From Bacilli bacterium (GTDB lineage Bacteria; Bacillota_I; Bacilli_A; RFN20; CAG-826): a stretch of DNA of 64,000 bases. A program made the translations under genes and the position numbers. The stretch is from the NCBI GenBank assembly GCA_045597865.1, contig JAZLKX010000025.1:64001-128000 (forward strand). The letters are read 5' to 3'. Below the pieces are notes generated by a model, which saw only the letters and a list, made by a program, of their open reading frames with translations, made no database searches and was not told where the DNA came from. Shown here in pieces: positions 49,466-58,826 of the stretch. How positions within the stretch are numbered: position 1 is the first letter of the stretch; every line of letters begins with the position of its first letter.

Positions 49466-50716
49466 ATGAGCAACATTATTTCAGATATTTACTTTTCTAG
49501 AGCATTTAGAAGATTGGGCGGTAAAACTCAACTTTTTAGTAATTATAATAACGATCATTATCATAATAGGTTAACTCATACTTTAGAAGTACTTAAAATT
49601 GCCGAAGAAATTAATTCCAAAATAGAAAAGCCAGCAAATGGATTTATTCTTGAGGCAAGTGCTTTGGCACACGATTTAGGGCATACTCCATTTGGACACG
49701 CTGGTGAAAGAGCACTAAATGAAATTACTTATCAAGTTGACACATTAGATAAAACTATAAATCCAGATTTCACAAATAAGATAATTTTTAAACATAATTA
49801 TTATTCAGCAAAGGTTCTTCTTGGAATTTATCGAGAGCAAGAAAGAATAGATAAAATCTTAATAGCAATCGTAAATCACACAAAACTTGATTACACACAA
49901 TATGTATTGAGTAATGATGAAAAGAAAACAACTTTAAGTTTTTATCTATCAAATTATTCAAGAAGAAAATCTGTCTTAAAGAAAATAAAAGACAATTTTA
50001 TAGAAGCTCAAATAATTGCGATGGCAGATGAAATTGCTCAACGAATATCTGACCTTCATGATATTATGCTCTCTAAAGCAAAAATAATTAATTGCGATAA
50101 GTTTACTGAGTTCTTACCTAAGGAAGAAGCAGAGAAAATTCTTGGTTATCCTAACTCTTTTAGAGTTAAAGATTTATTGTCAGTTTTAAAAGATTTCTTA
50201 TTATCTGGTGTTTTCTATGATTTAAAAACCAATTCATTAATTATGGACAATGATCAAAAACACACTATGGATTATATAGATAAAATGCGAAATGAAGTTA
50301 TAAACAATGTTTCAGTTATTTCTGAATTTGATAAGCATAGTAGTGAAGTAATCAAATATTTTTTTAAGTCATTTTATAAAAATCCAAAATTATTAGATGA
50401 AAAAACGATTTCTAATACATATAAGAGAATCATTTCTATATACAATAGTTTTGATGAAAAAGTAGTGATTAATAAACAATTTCAACCTAAAATTGATAGC
50501 TCATTAATTGACGAAAAAATATCTTACTTAACTTCTATATCTAATATTTGTATTAACTCTATTGACAAAAAACTTGATCTTAACAAAATTGACGCACATT
50601 TTTTAAAGGATATTAACTCTGAATTAGTTCATAGTATAATATATTATATAGCCAACATGACTGACAGATTCGCTAACGAAAAATATAGTGAATTAAAAAG
50701 AAAATTAGAAAGTTAA
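49466..50716 (+). CDS. dgt: HD-domain dNTP triphosphohydrolase (dGTPase family)
   Basis: SRAFRRLGGKTQLF, HNRLTHTLEV, AHDLGHTPFGHAGE, ADEIA..DLHD, YIANMTDRFA; start uncertain (49418 TTG possible). Confidence 0.85.
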   Translation: MSNIISDIYFSRAFRRLGGKTQLFSNYNNDHYHNRLTHTLEVLKIAEEINSKIEKPANGFILEASALAHDLGHTPFGHAGERALNEITYQVDTLDKTINPDFTNKIIFKHNYYSAKVLLGIYREQERIDKILIAIVNHTKLDYTQYVLSNDEKKTTLSFYLSNYSRRKSVLKKIKDNFIEAQIIAMADEIAQRISDLHDIMLSKAKIINCDKFTEFLPKEEAEKILGYPNSFRVKDLLSVLKDFLLSGVFYDLKTNSLIMDNDQKHTMDYIDKMRNEVINNVSVISEFDKHSSEVIKYFFKSFYKNPKLLDEKTISNTYKRIISIYNSFDEKVVINKQFQPKIDSSLIDEKISYLTSISNICINSIDKKLDLNKIDAHFLKDINSELVHSIIYYIANMTDRFANEKYSELKRKLES

Positions 50717-50760
50717 AAATACATGTTGACAAACGATAGTGTTGGTTATAAAATTTAGTC

Positions 50761-50836
50761 AATTAAACGAACGGTGTATTGCCGTGAGCAACTGCTCAGA
50801 TAAACATCCTTAAACGTTGAGGATGTTTTTCTTTTG
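50761..50836 (+). ncRNA. Putative small RNA downstream of dGTPase
   Basis: TTGACA(50726)-17-TAAAAT, two short hairpins, terminator aaacatcct/aggatgttt and T run, no ORF. Confidence 0.5.
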
Positions 50837-50880
50837 CAAAAAACTTAAAGACAAAAGTTTGTAAAACAACAAAAAAATTA

Positions 50881-51180
50881 TTTTGGCGAAATATCGTACT
50901 TAAAAATGCCGATAACCCGCCAAAATGCATCAATTTTAATATGTTTTGGCGGCTTATCCGCTTAAGCAATAAGTGACGTACTTTTATAACTTGTTAGAAC
51001 TTTTTAGAATTAACAGCATTTCAACTATGTTTCATTGATATATCAACATCGTTGTACAAACACATAAAAATTTGGAATTCTCTTGCGAATAGGGAATTTT
51101 TATATAAATATAATGTTGGGCACAGGGATTGGATCTCTGGTGGTCCATCGAAGTGCGGGAAGAACTCCCACTTTAATTTA
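50881..51180 (+). repeat. ~300-bp direct repeat copy 1 (contains structured element copy 1, core 51115-51175)
   Basis: Near-identical to 53259-53595. Confidence 0.9.
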
Positions 51181-51280
51181 TTTATAAACTTAAAACGATT
51201 TTTTTAATTAAATTTTTATTGACTAATCCCTTAATTTTGTATAAGATTTAAGGGAATAATAGAGCAATTGAGGTAAAAAT

Positions 51281-52327
51281 ATGAGAGAATTTAATTACAT
51301 TAAATTACAAAATAACAAGTGGGATTCTGAAATCTTATCTTTAATTGCTGGTATTTATAAAGAAGCCGGAAAGCAAGAAATGTTTTTAAAACAGACGCCT
51401 CAAAAATTGGAAAAATTGGTTGAAATTGCAAAAATACAATCTACTGAGGCTAGTAATAGAATTGAGGGAATAATTGCAACGAATGCTAGAATCAAGCAGT
51501 TATGCGCTCAAAAAACTACACCAAGAAATAGAGCCGAAGAAGAAATTGCTGGCTATAGAGATGTTTTAAATTTAATTCATGAAAATTTTGATGCTATTCC
51601 TTTGACAACAAATTATATATTGCAATTACATAAAACCCTTTACAGTCATATGAATAATCCTATGGCCGGAAGAACAAAAAATGTTCAAAATTATATTAGT
51701 GCTAGTTACCCTGATGGAAGAGAAGAAGTGTTGTTTACTCCTTTATCTCCAATAGAAACACCAAGTGCATTAGATAAAATTTGTGAACAATATAATTTAG
51801 TTATTGGCAACAACACTATTGAACCATTAATCGCTATCCCGATGTTTATACATGATTTTTTGTGTATACACCCATTTAATGATGGCAACGGAAGAATGAG
51901 TAGACTTTTAACAACAATGTTGTTGTATCAAAATGGTTTTTACGTTGCAAAATACATTTCATTGGAAGCAAAAATTGCCAATAACAAAGATACATATTAC
52001 GAATCTTTATATGATTCACAACTTGGTTGGCACGAAGAAAAAGAAGATCCTAATCATTTTATTAAGTATCTTTTAAGTACAATTTTATCGGCTTATAAGG
52101 ATTTCGGAGATCGTTATTCACTTTTGGAAGATAAAATGAGTGCTAATGAAATGGTGAAAAAGGCTGCTTTAATGAAAATTGGCAAATTTAGTAAACAAGA
52201 TATAAGAGAATTATGTCCTTCATTATCTATTAGTTCAATAGAAGGAGGGTTACGCCTTTTAGTCAAAGAAGGTGTTTTAGAAAGAATTAGTAAAGGCAGA
52301 TCTACTTACTATAAGCGTTTAAAATAA
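51281..52327 (+). CDS. Fic family protein with N-terminal inhibitory motif and C-terminal wHTH
   Basis: HPFNDGNGRMSR active site; SNRIEG inhibitory motif; C-terminal KGRSTYY wing. Confidence 0.92.
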   Translation: MREFNYIKLQNNKWDSEILSLIAGIYKEAGKQEMFLKQTPQKLEKLVEIAKIQSTEASNRIEGIIATNARIKQLCAQKTTPRNRAEEEIAGYRDVLNLIHENFDAIPLTTNYILQLHKTLYSHMNNPMAGRTKNVQNYISASYPDGREEVLFTPLSPIETPSALDKICEQYNLVIGNNTIEPLIAIPMFIHDFLCIHPFNDGNGRMSRLLTTMLLYQNGFYVAKYISLEAKIANNKDTYYESLYDSQLGWHEEKEDPNHFIKYLLSTILSAYKDFGDRYSLLEDKMSANEMVKKAALMKIGKFSKQDIRELCPSLSISSIEGGLRLLVKEGVLERISKGRSTYYKRLK

Positions 52328-52390
52328 TCCCTTAAATATTATACGAAATTAAGGGAATAAATATATTTTAAGGGAAAAAGTTTTATAAAT

Positions 52391-52535
52391 TGGTACCAAA
52401 AATCGTTTGAGTATTAAAATCGTGGTATCAAAACCTTTGAGCGTATGAATATGCACAAATTTATTAAAATTCATATGCTAAACTGGTATCAAATACCGTT
52501 TGAGTAAATAAAAGTTGGTATCAAACGCGTTTGAG
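52391..52535 (+). repeat. Four copies of TGGTAYCAAA-N(3-5)-TTTGAG
   Basis: Copies start at 52391, 52423, 52484, 52516. Confidence 0.8.
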
Positions 52536-52540
52536 TTGAA

Positions 52541-52657
52541 CATTGAAATTTGGAATCCTCTTGCAAATAGGGGATTTTTATATCAATATAATGTTGGGCA
52601 CAGGGATTGGATCTCAAGTGGTCCATCGAAGTGCGGGAAGTATTCCCGCTTTTATTT
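52541..52657 (+). repeat. Structured element copy 2
   Basis: cattgaaattt..gttgggcacagggattggatctc..gtggtccatcgaagtgcgggaag..tcccgctttt. Confidence 0.9.
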
Positions 52658-53258
52658 ATATTTTAAAAATTTCTCAAGTACATTGTGCAAGGAAAAATTG
52701 AGAAAAAAAGCAAAGTAAATATTGACAAAAAAGCAAAGTAAATGTCTCATTACCATTTGGAATTCATAGAAAATTAACAGTTAAAATACATTTTGACAAA
52801 CTATAGCTTTTGCTATCTCAGGATCAAATTGTTGAACTTTATTAATCTAGTAAGAATAATATTTCTGAACGAATAAAACATATTTTAGATAAGTATGAAT
52901 TGGATGAATATTCAGTTGTTCGGTTTTTCCAAATAACTGCTAAAGATAGTAAAAAACGCACCTCTACGTGGATTTTTTATTGTCTTGCTATATCTTAGTG
53001 TCAAGAAGGATGAGAGACGTAAAAAGACCACCCAATAAATTGGGCCAAAGATTTAAAAGACTGTTCTAGTAGTGGTGATGCTTTTTTCAGACTTATGGCA
53101 AATCAGTTCAAAGAAAACGTTAAACCTTATATAGAATTCGAGAAGAAGATGTGCAACAAACATCTTGATATATTTATAAGACTATAACTCTAAAAAAGTG
53201 ATTTTGAATTAGTCTAAGAATGATTTGATATTTCGCCAAAACATCATATTTTTATAAA

Positions 53259-53595
53259 TTTTGGCGAAATATCGTACTTAAAAAAGGTGATAACCCGCTA
53301 AAATGCATCAATTTTAATATGTTTTGGCGGCTTATCCGCTTAAGCAATAAGTGACGCACTTTTAGAACTTTTTAGAACCTTTATCAATCTTTTAGAACTT
53401 TTTAGAACTTTTTAGAACTTTTTAGAATTAACAGCATTCCAACTACGTTTCATTGATATATCAACATCGTTGCACAAACACATTGAAATTTGAAATCATC
53501 TTTCGAATAGGGGATTTTAATAATATATAATGTTGGGCACAGGAATTGGATCTCTGGTGGTCCAACGAAGTGTGGGAAGAAATCCCGCTTTTTTA
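53259..53595 (+). repeat. ~335-bp direct repeat copy 2 (contains structured element copy 3, 53481-53595, and an expanded 10-bp tttagaactt tract)
   Basis: Near-identical to 50881-51180. Confidence 0.9.
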
Positions 53596-53687
53596 TTTTT
53601 TAAAAATCTCTATTATAGTATTGGTACAAAAATCATAAACTTCCGATAAAACTTTCATAAACTTCCGATTAAAAACTTATTTTTTTT

Positions 53688-53794
53688 AAAATTCTCTTTC
53701 GAATAGGAGGATTTTTATATCAATAATGTTGGGTACAGGGAGCCATAATCTCTGATGGCCCATCGAAGTGCGGGAAGAACTCATGCTTTTATTT
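53688..53794 (+). repeat. Structured element copy 4 (more diverged)
   Basis: gttgggtacaggga..tctctgatggcccatcgaagtgcgggaagaactc. Confidence 0.85.
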
Positions 53795-53830
53795 ATATTT
53801 AAAGATCTTCCATTACATTGTTATGAAAAA

Positions 53831-53941
53831 TATCTTGCCAAACTTGCGGTTAATATCTTGCCAAACTTGCGGTTTATATCTTGCCAAACTTGCGGTTTAT
53901 TTTAATCCAAACTTGCGATTATAGAAATAATCATATATAAT
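53831..53941 (+). promoter_or_regulatory. 23-bp tandem repeats (3 near-perfect, 1 degenerate) overlapping promoter of the ATPase gene
   Basis: tatcttgccaaacttgcggttWa x3; the fourth supplies TTGCGA(53913)-17-TATAAT(53936). Confidence 0.8.
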
Positions 53942-53960
53942 ATGTTCGAGGTAAAATCTT

Positions 53961-55259
53961 ATGGAAAAAGAATACATTGAACGTTTATTTGATAAAGAGC
54001 TAGATTTTTATTTAAAAAGCGTTGGCGCCGTACAAATTACAGGCCCTAAGTGGTGCGGTAAATCAAGAACTGCAAAGAAACATGCCGCGACAATAATTGA
54101 TTTAATGAAAGAAGATGTTAGAAAACAATTTGTTCCATTAGCAAAGCAAGCTCCAAATATTTTGCTTGATTATGGAACAAAACCTTTACTTATCGATGAA
54201 TGGCAAATTATTTCTTTTATTTGGAATTCTCTTAAAGAAAAAATTGATGAAAACGGAACTTTTGGACAATACATTTTAACTGGAAGCGTAACAGATGCAA
54301 CGGTAGATGACAGTTTATATGGAGAAGAGAATGAAAGACATACTGGAACCGGTAGAATAATTAAAAAGATGATGAGAACGATGTCTCTTTTTGAAAGCGG
54401 AGATAGCACTGGTGATATTTCATTGAGCCAATTAAAAAAAGGCGCATTTATTAATGCAATTGTAGATAAAGAACTTACAGATTATGCATTTTATTTGTGC
54501 AGAGGAGGATGGCCTTTAGCAATTAAAGCAGATAGAGATATTGCACTTCAACAAGCAAAAACTTTTTTTAATGGCTTAGTAAGCGAAGATATTTTTTCGT
54601 TAAAAGACGTTCCTTTAAGAAAAGATGTAAATAGAGCAAAAAAATTGCTTAGATCTTATAGTAGAGTTATATCATCTCAATCTTCTAACGAAACAATAAA
54701 AACAGACATGAAAAATAATGGAGATGAAATAGATAAAGACACCTTTGCTAAATACTTATTAGCACTTGAAAGATTGTTTGTTATAGAAGAATTAACAGCC
54801 TGGAATCCAAATTTAAGAAGCAAAACTTCAATTAGAGATAAAAATACAAGACACTTTGTTGATCCTTCAATTGCTTGTGCAGCGTTAAATTTAACACCAG
54901 ACAATTTGTTTATGGATATGAATACGTTTGGCTTATTGTTTGAATCTTTAGCAATTAGAGATTTAAGAATCTATTGCGATTCAATTAATGCCTCAGTTTA
55001 TCATTACAGAGATAAAGCAGAAAGAGAAGCTGATGCAGTAATTGTTTTCGAAGATGATTCTTGGGCATTAGTAGAAGTTAAATTATGCAACAATGAAGAA
55101 ATAAAAGAAGCTTCCAAAAAATTAGTTAATCTTTCTAATGATATTGATATCACAAGACATCCGAAACCTGCATTTTTAATGATTATCACAGCTACAAAAA
55201 CAGCTTATAAGGATGAAAATGGTGTGTATATAGTTCCATTAGCTTGTTTAAGAAATTAA
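53961..55259 (+). CDS. AAA_14-type ATPase with C-terminal DUF4143 (PD-(D/E)XK-like) domain
   Basis: Walker A GPKWCGKS, Walker B LIDEWQ, ILTGS, RGGWP, FVDPS, GLLFE, EADAV..VEVK. Confidence 0.88.
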   Translation: MEKEYIERLFDKELDFYLKSVGAVQITGPKWCGKSRTAKKHAATIIDLMKEDVRKQFVPLAKQAPNILLDYGTKPLLIDEWQIISFIWNSLKEKIDENGTFGQYILTGSVTDATVDDSLYGEENERHTGTGRIIKKMMRTMSLFESGDSTGDISLSQLKKGAFINAIVDKELTDYAFYLCRGGWPLAIKADRDIALQQAKTFFNGLVSEDIFSLKDVPLRKDVNRAKKLLRSYSRVISSQSSNETIKTDMKNNGDEIDKDTFAKYLLALERLFVIEELTAWNPNLRSKTSIRDKNTRHFVDPSIACAALNLTPDNLFMDMNTFGLLFESLAIRDLRIYCDSINASVYHYRDKAEREADAVIVFEDDSWALVEVKLCNNEEIKEASKKLVNLSNDIDITRHPKPAFLMIITATKTAYKDENGVYIVPLACLRN

Positions 55260-55454
55260 TGTGTTAACTTGTTGCTAGTGACTATTAACTTCGTTGCAAT
55301 AAGACATTGAAATTTAAAATCCTCTTTCGATGCGGATTTTTATTTTTGCGGCGGAAATAATAATAGTTAGAATTTAAGAATTTTTTAATTTTTTCATGCA
55401 TAATTGTATGAAACTATTGTCATTTGAGCGACTTAAATTTAAAATTAAGAAACG

Positions 55455-57719
55455 ATGAAATTTAAGAAATTACTTAAAGCAATTCTTATTTCTGTGCCAT
55501 TTTTGGCATCATGTTTTGTTTTATCTTCATGTAAGAATGATGAAAACAACGATGCAAAACTTCGCTCTTTTCAACTTTGCGAACAATTAAACACTTTTAT
55601 TAGAGACATAAAAATCGATGGAACCATGGAAGAAATGGAAGACATTTGGTTTGGAAAAGATGAAACAAAAAAGGTTATTGATTACACTTCTAGTGGTGAA
55701 AACGGAACAATTACATTCGCTTCTGTTTTATCTTCTGAACCTATGGGCTATATTTCTGAAGGTAAAAAGATGGGTTTCTCAACTGATTTAGTTTATAGAT
55801 TTGCAAAAAAATATGGATATAATGTTCAATTTTTTGATTCAGTTAGTCACGCAACATGTGTAACAGCCGTCGCTAGCGGTCGTGCGGATTTTGGTGGAAC
55901 TTGTATGTCTATTACAGAAGAAAGAAGACATAGCGGGTGTTTTTCTGATCCTTATTATAAAAACGAAGTTGTTGTTTTAACAACAAAAGAAACTGCAAAC
56001 ACCATAGAATCAATGGATGAACTAAATGGAATGGACTTTGGTGTGGCAAGCGGTTCAACTTACTCAATTTATTGCAATGAAAAAATGCCGTATTCAAATG
56101 TTTTTGAATACAACACGAACATGGATGCAATTAAGGATTTGAGTGACGGAAAAATTAAAGCGGTTGTCATCGATAAACCAATTGCTGATTATATCATTAA
56201 TAATGAATTTTTCCCAAATGTTATTAATTACGGAAATCTAGGTTACTCTGATGATTTTGCTTTTTATTTCCCTAAATTTGCTGAACAATCTTTGGATTAT
56301 TACGCTGATAAAAGAATCGGAACAGTAACTGGAAGTGTTGATGAACAATATATTAAAAACAAACTTCCTAACGCTAAAATTCTTTATTACGATAGCCTTG
56401 TTGATTGTGCTACAGCCTTGGCTTCTGGAAAAGTAGATGCTTATGCAGACGAAACCGCATCTTTCATTTACAACAAAGACCAAATGGATCTAAATGTTGC
56501 GAGAATCCCGGAAAATTTAGGAGATTGCACTTATGGTTTCATATTTCCAAATAACGGTAAAGGAACTGTTTTAAAAGATGACTTTAATGTTTTTCTGACA
56601 TCGTTAAAAATGTCTGGCGAACTTGAAAGACTTACCGATAAATGGCTTTACAATTATGAAACTGCTCGAAATCAAATCGATTATACTGAACTTACAGGCA
56701 GCGAAACATTAAATGTTCATACATTGGGAATGTATCCGCCATTTTCATACGTAAAAGATGGCGAAATTACTGGTTTTGAAGTAGAAATTCTTAGTTTATA
56801 TGCTAAAAGTCGTGGCAAAAAATTACAAATTACCTTAAATAATTTAGCTGGCATTTTGGCTTCTGCAGAAAATGGCTCCATTGATATTGGATTTTCAATG
56901 TTAACTTATTCTGAAGACCGCGCTACTAAAATGCATTTTTCTGATTCATATTTTGATTACAATATTTTCCTTGTAACCTCAGTTGGAAAAGAAAATAATA
57001 ATTTTTTCAATTCGATTTATGAATCTTTTAGATCAACATTTGTTATCGAGCAAAGATGGAAACTATTTTTGAGTGGTTTTTTAACTACACTAGCAATTAC
57101 AATTATTTCGATTTTAGTTGGCACAATTCTTGGTTTCCTTATTTATTTACTTGTTAGAGAAAGTAAAATAGCAAAGAAAGTTTTGAAAGTATGTGATTAT
57201 ATAATCACAGGAATGCCTGTTGTTGTTCTTTTAATGATTGTTTATTACGTTCTTTTTGCAAAATCTAGAATATCTGCAACTGCTATTTCTATTGGAGTTT
57301 TCTCATTGCTATTTACTTCAGCTGTAACGAAGGCTTTGATTGTATCGGTAAATGGAGTTAATAAGAATCAAACCGAAGCTTATTTAGCTCTTGGTTACCA
57401 TAAACTTTATGGTTTCTTTAGGTTTATTTTGCCACAAGCACTAGAGTCATTCTTCTCATTATATAAAACTGAAGTAGTTAATTTGCTTAAAGCGACTGCT
57501 ATCGTTGGATATATTGCTATTCAAGACTTAACTAAAATGTCCGATATTGTTAGAAGTAGAACCTACGAAGCCTTCTTCCCATTAATTACACTTGCACTTA
57601 TGTATTTCTTGCTATCTTTCTTGCTCGTCTTTTTAGTAAAAAAGATTGAATTGATAGGAAACAAGAAAAGACGTAAACCAGAAAAGATTTTGAAAGGAGT
57701 TGGAAAAAATGAAGATTGA
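55455..57719 (+). CDS. Polar amino acid ABC transporter, fused substrate-binding domains plus permease
   Basis: Lipobox-like LSSC; PBP family 3 motifs (ITEER..FSDPY, YPPFSY); permease GMPVVV, QTEA..LG, FILPQA, LLKATA. Confidence 0.85.
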   Translation: MKFKKLLKAILISVPFLASCFVLSSCKNDENNDAKLRSFQLCEQLNTFIRDIKIDGTMEEMEDIWFGKDETKKVIDYTSSGENGTITFASVLSSEPMGYISEGKKMGFSTDLVYRFAKKYGYNVQFFDSVSHATCVTAVASGRADFGGTCMSITEERRHSGCFSDPYYKNEVVVLTTKETANTIESMDELNGMDFGVASGSTYSIYCNEKMPYSNVFEYNTNMDAIKDLSDGKIKAVVIDKPIADYIINNEFFPNVINYGNLGYSDDFAFYFPKFAEQSLDYYADKRIGTVTGSVDEQYIKNKLPNAKILYYDSLVDCATALASGKVDAYADETASFIYNKDQMDLNVARIPENLGDCTYGFIFPNNGKGTVLKDDFNVFLTSLKMSGELERLTDKWLYNYETARNQIDYTELTGSETLNVHTLGMYPPFSYVKDGEITGFEVEILSLYAKSRGKKLQITLNNLAGILASAENGSIDIGFSMLTYSEDRATKMHFSDSYFDYNIFLVTSVGKENNNFFNSIYESFRSTFVIEQRWKLFLSGFLTTLAITIISILVGTILGFLIYLLVRESKIAKKVLKVCDYIITGMPVVVLLMIVYYVLFAKSRISATAISIGVFSLLFTSAVTKALIVSVNGVNKNQTEAYLALGYHKLYGFFRFILPQALESFFSLYKTEVVNLLKATAIVGYIAIQDLTKMSDIVRSRTYEAFFPLITLALMYFLLSFLLVFLVKKIELIGNKKRRKPEKILKGVGKNED

Positions 57720-58803
57720 AATTAAACATTTAAAGAAATCATTTGATGACAACACCGTTTTGAAAAACTTTTCTTTAACCATTGAACAAGGGGAAGTTGT
57801 TTCTTTAATTGGACCTTCTGGAACTGGTAAATCAACTTTAATACGATGTATTAATAAAATGATTGTTCCAGATGGTGGTGACATCGTAATTGATAGCGAA
57901 TCCATTTTAAGCAAGGAATACAACATTTATGAATTGCGCCGTAGAATTGGAATGGTTTTTCAATCCTACAATTTATTCTCGCATCTAACTGTTATTGAAA
58001 ACATCGTTATTCCCCAAGTTGATATTTTAAAAAGAAGTAAATCTGAATCTTATAAAATTGCAATGGATTTACTTAAACGAGTAGGATTACTGGAAAAATA
58101 TTTAGCTTATCCTGATGACCTTTCAGGTGGTCAAAAACAAAGAGTTGCAATTGCAAGAGCTTTAGCTCTTAATCCAGATGTAATTATGCTTGATGAACCA
58201 ACAAGTGCTCTTGATCCAACAACTGTAGGCGAGGTTGAATCAGTTATTTTAAAACTTGCAAAATCTGGTAAAACAATCATTTTGATTACTCATCAGTTAG
58301 AACTTGCAAAGAAGATTTCATCAAGAGTTATTTTTATGTCAAACGGCATGGTTCTGGAAGAAGGAACACCAGAAGAAATATTTGATAATCCTAAACAAGA
58401 ATTAACAAAACGTTTTGTGAGAAGCTTGAAGTGTTTAGATTTAAATATAAGCACTAAAACGTATGATTTTATTGAGAGTATTAATAAAATTAAAGTGTTT
58501 TGTAATAACTCTAATATTCCGTCTCAGGTAACTTATAATTTAATGCTCGCATTTGAAGAAATTGTACACAATCACTTAATTGATGAATTAGATACAGATT
58601 TGAAAATTCTTTATTCGTTAACTTTTGATGATAAAACAAATGAAATTTCCTTAGATATTTTCTATAACGGTAAGGAATTTAACCCTTTTGCTTTAAACGA
58701 TGAATCTATGAATCTCATTAAAAAGATTTTTGTATCAACATATGAAATCCCTAGGGGAAATGAGTATTCGAATAGATTGTCCTTAAGACTAAAATCCAAA
58801 TAA
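57709..58803 (+). CDS. Amino acid ABC transporter ATP-binding protein (GlnQ-like) with ~125-aa C-terminal extension
   Basis: GPSGTGKS, LSGGQKQR, LDEPTSALD. Confidence 0.9.
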   Translation: MKIEIKHLKKSFDDNTVLKNFSLTIEQGEVVSLIGPSGTGKSTLIRCINKMIVPDGGDIVIDSESILSKEYNIYELRRRIGMVFQSYNLFSHLTVIENIVIPQVDILKRSKSESYKIAMDLLKRVGLLEKYLAYPDDLSGGQKQRVAIARALALNPDVIMLDEPTSALDPTTVGEVESVILKLAKSGKTIILITHQLELAKKISSRVIFMSNGMVLEEGTPEEIFDNPKQELTKRFVRSLKCLDLNISTKTYDFIESINKIKVFCNNSNIPSQVTYNLMLAFEEIVHNHLIDELDTDLKILYSLTFDDKTNEISLDIFYNGKEFNPFALNDESMNLIKKIFVSTYEIPRGNEYSNRLSLRLKSK

Positions 58804-58826
58804 TTTAAATTAACTCAGATTTTGTC

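Noticed and set aside
52515-52718. 67-aa ORF
   Set aside because: Runs across non-coding element copy 2; no equivalent ORF is reported over the other copies.
52740-53220. Possible pseudogene fragments
   Set aside because: Coding-like composition but frequent stops and no recognisable motif; cannot be assigned.
52391-53922. CRISPR array
   Set aside because: Repeats are either directly tandem (23-bp, 10-bp) or have 11-40 bp irregular gaps and degenerate units; no cas genes in the window.
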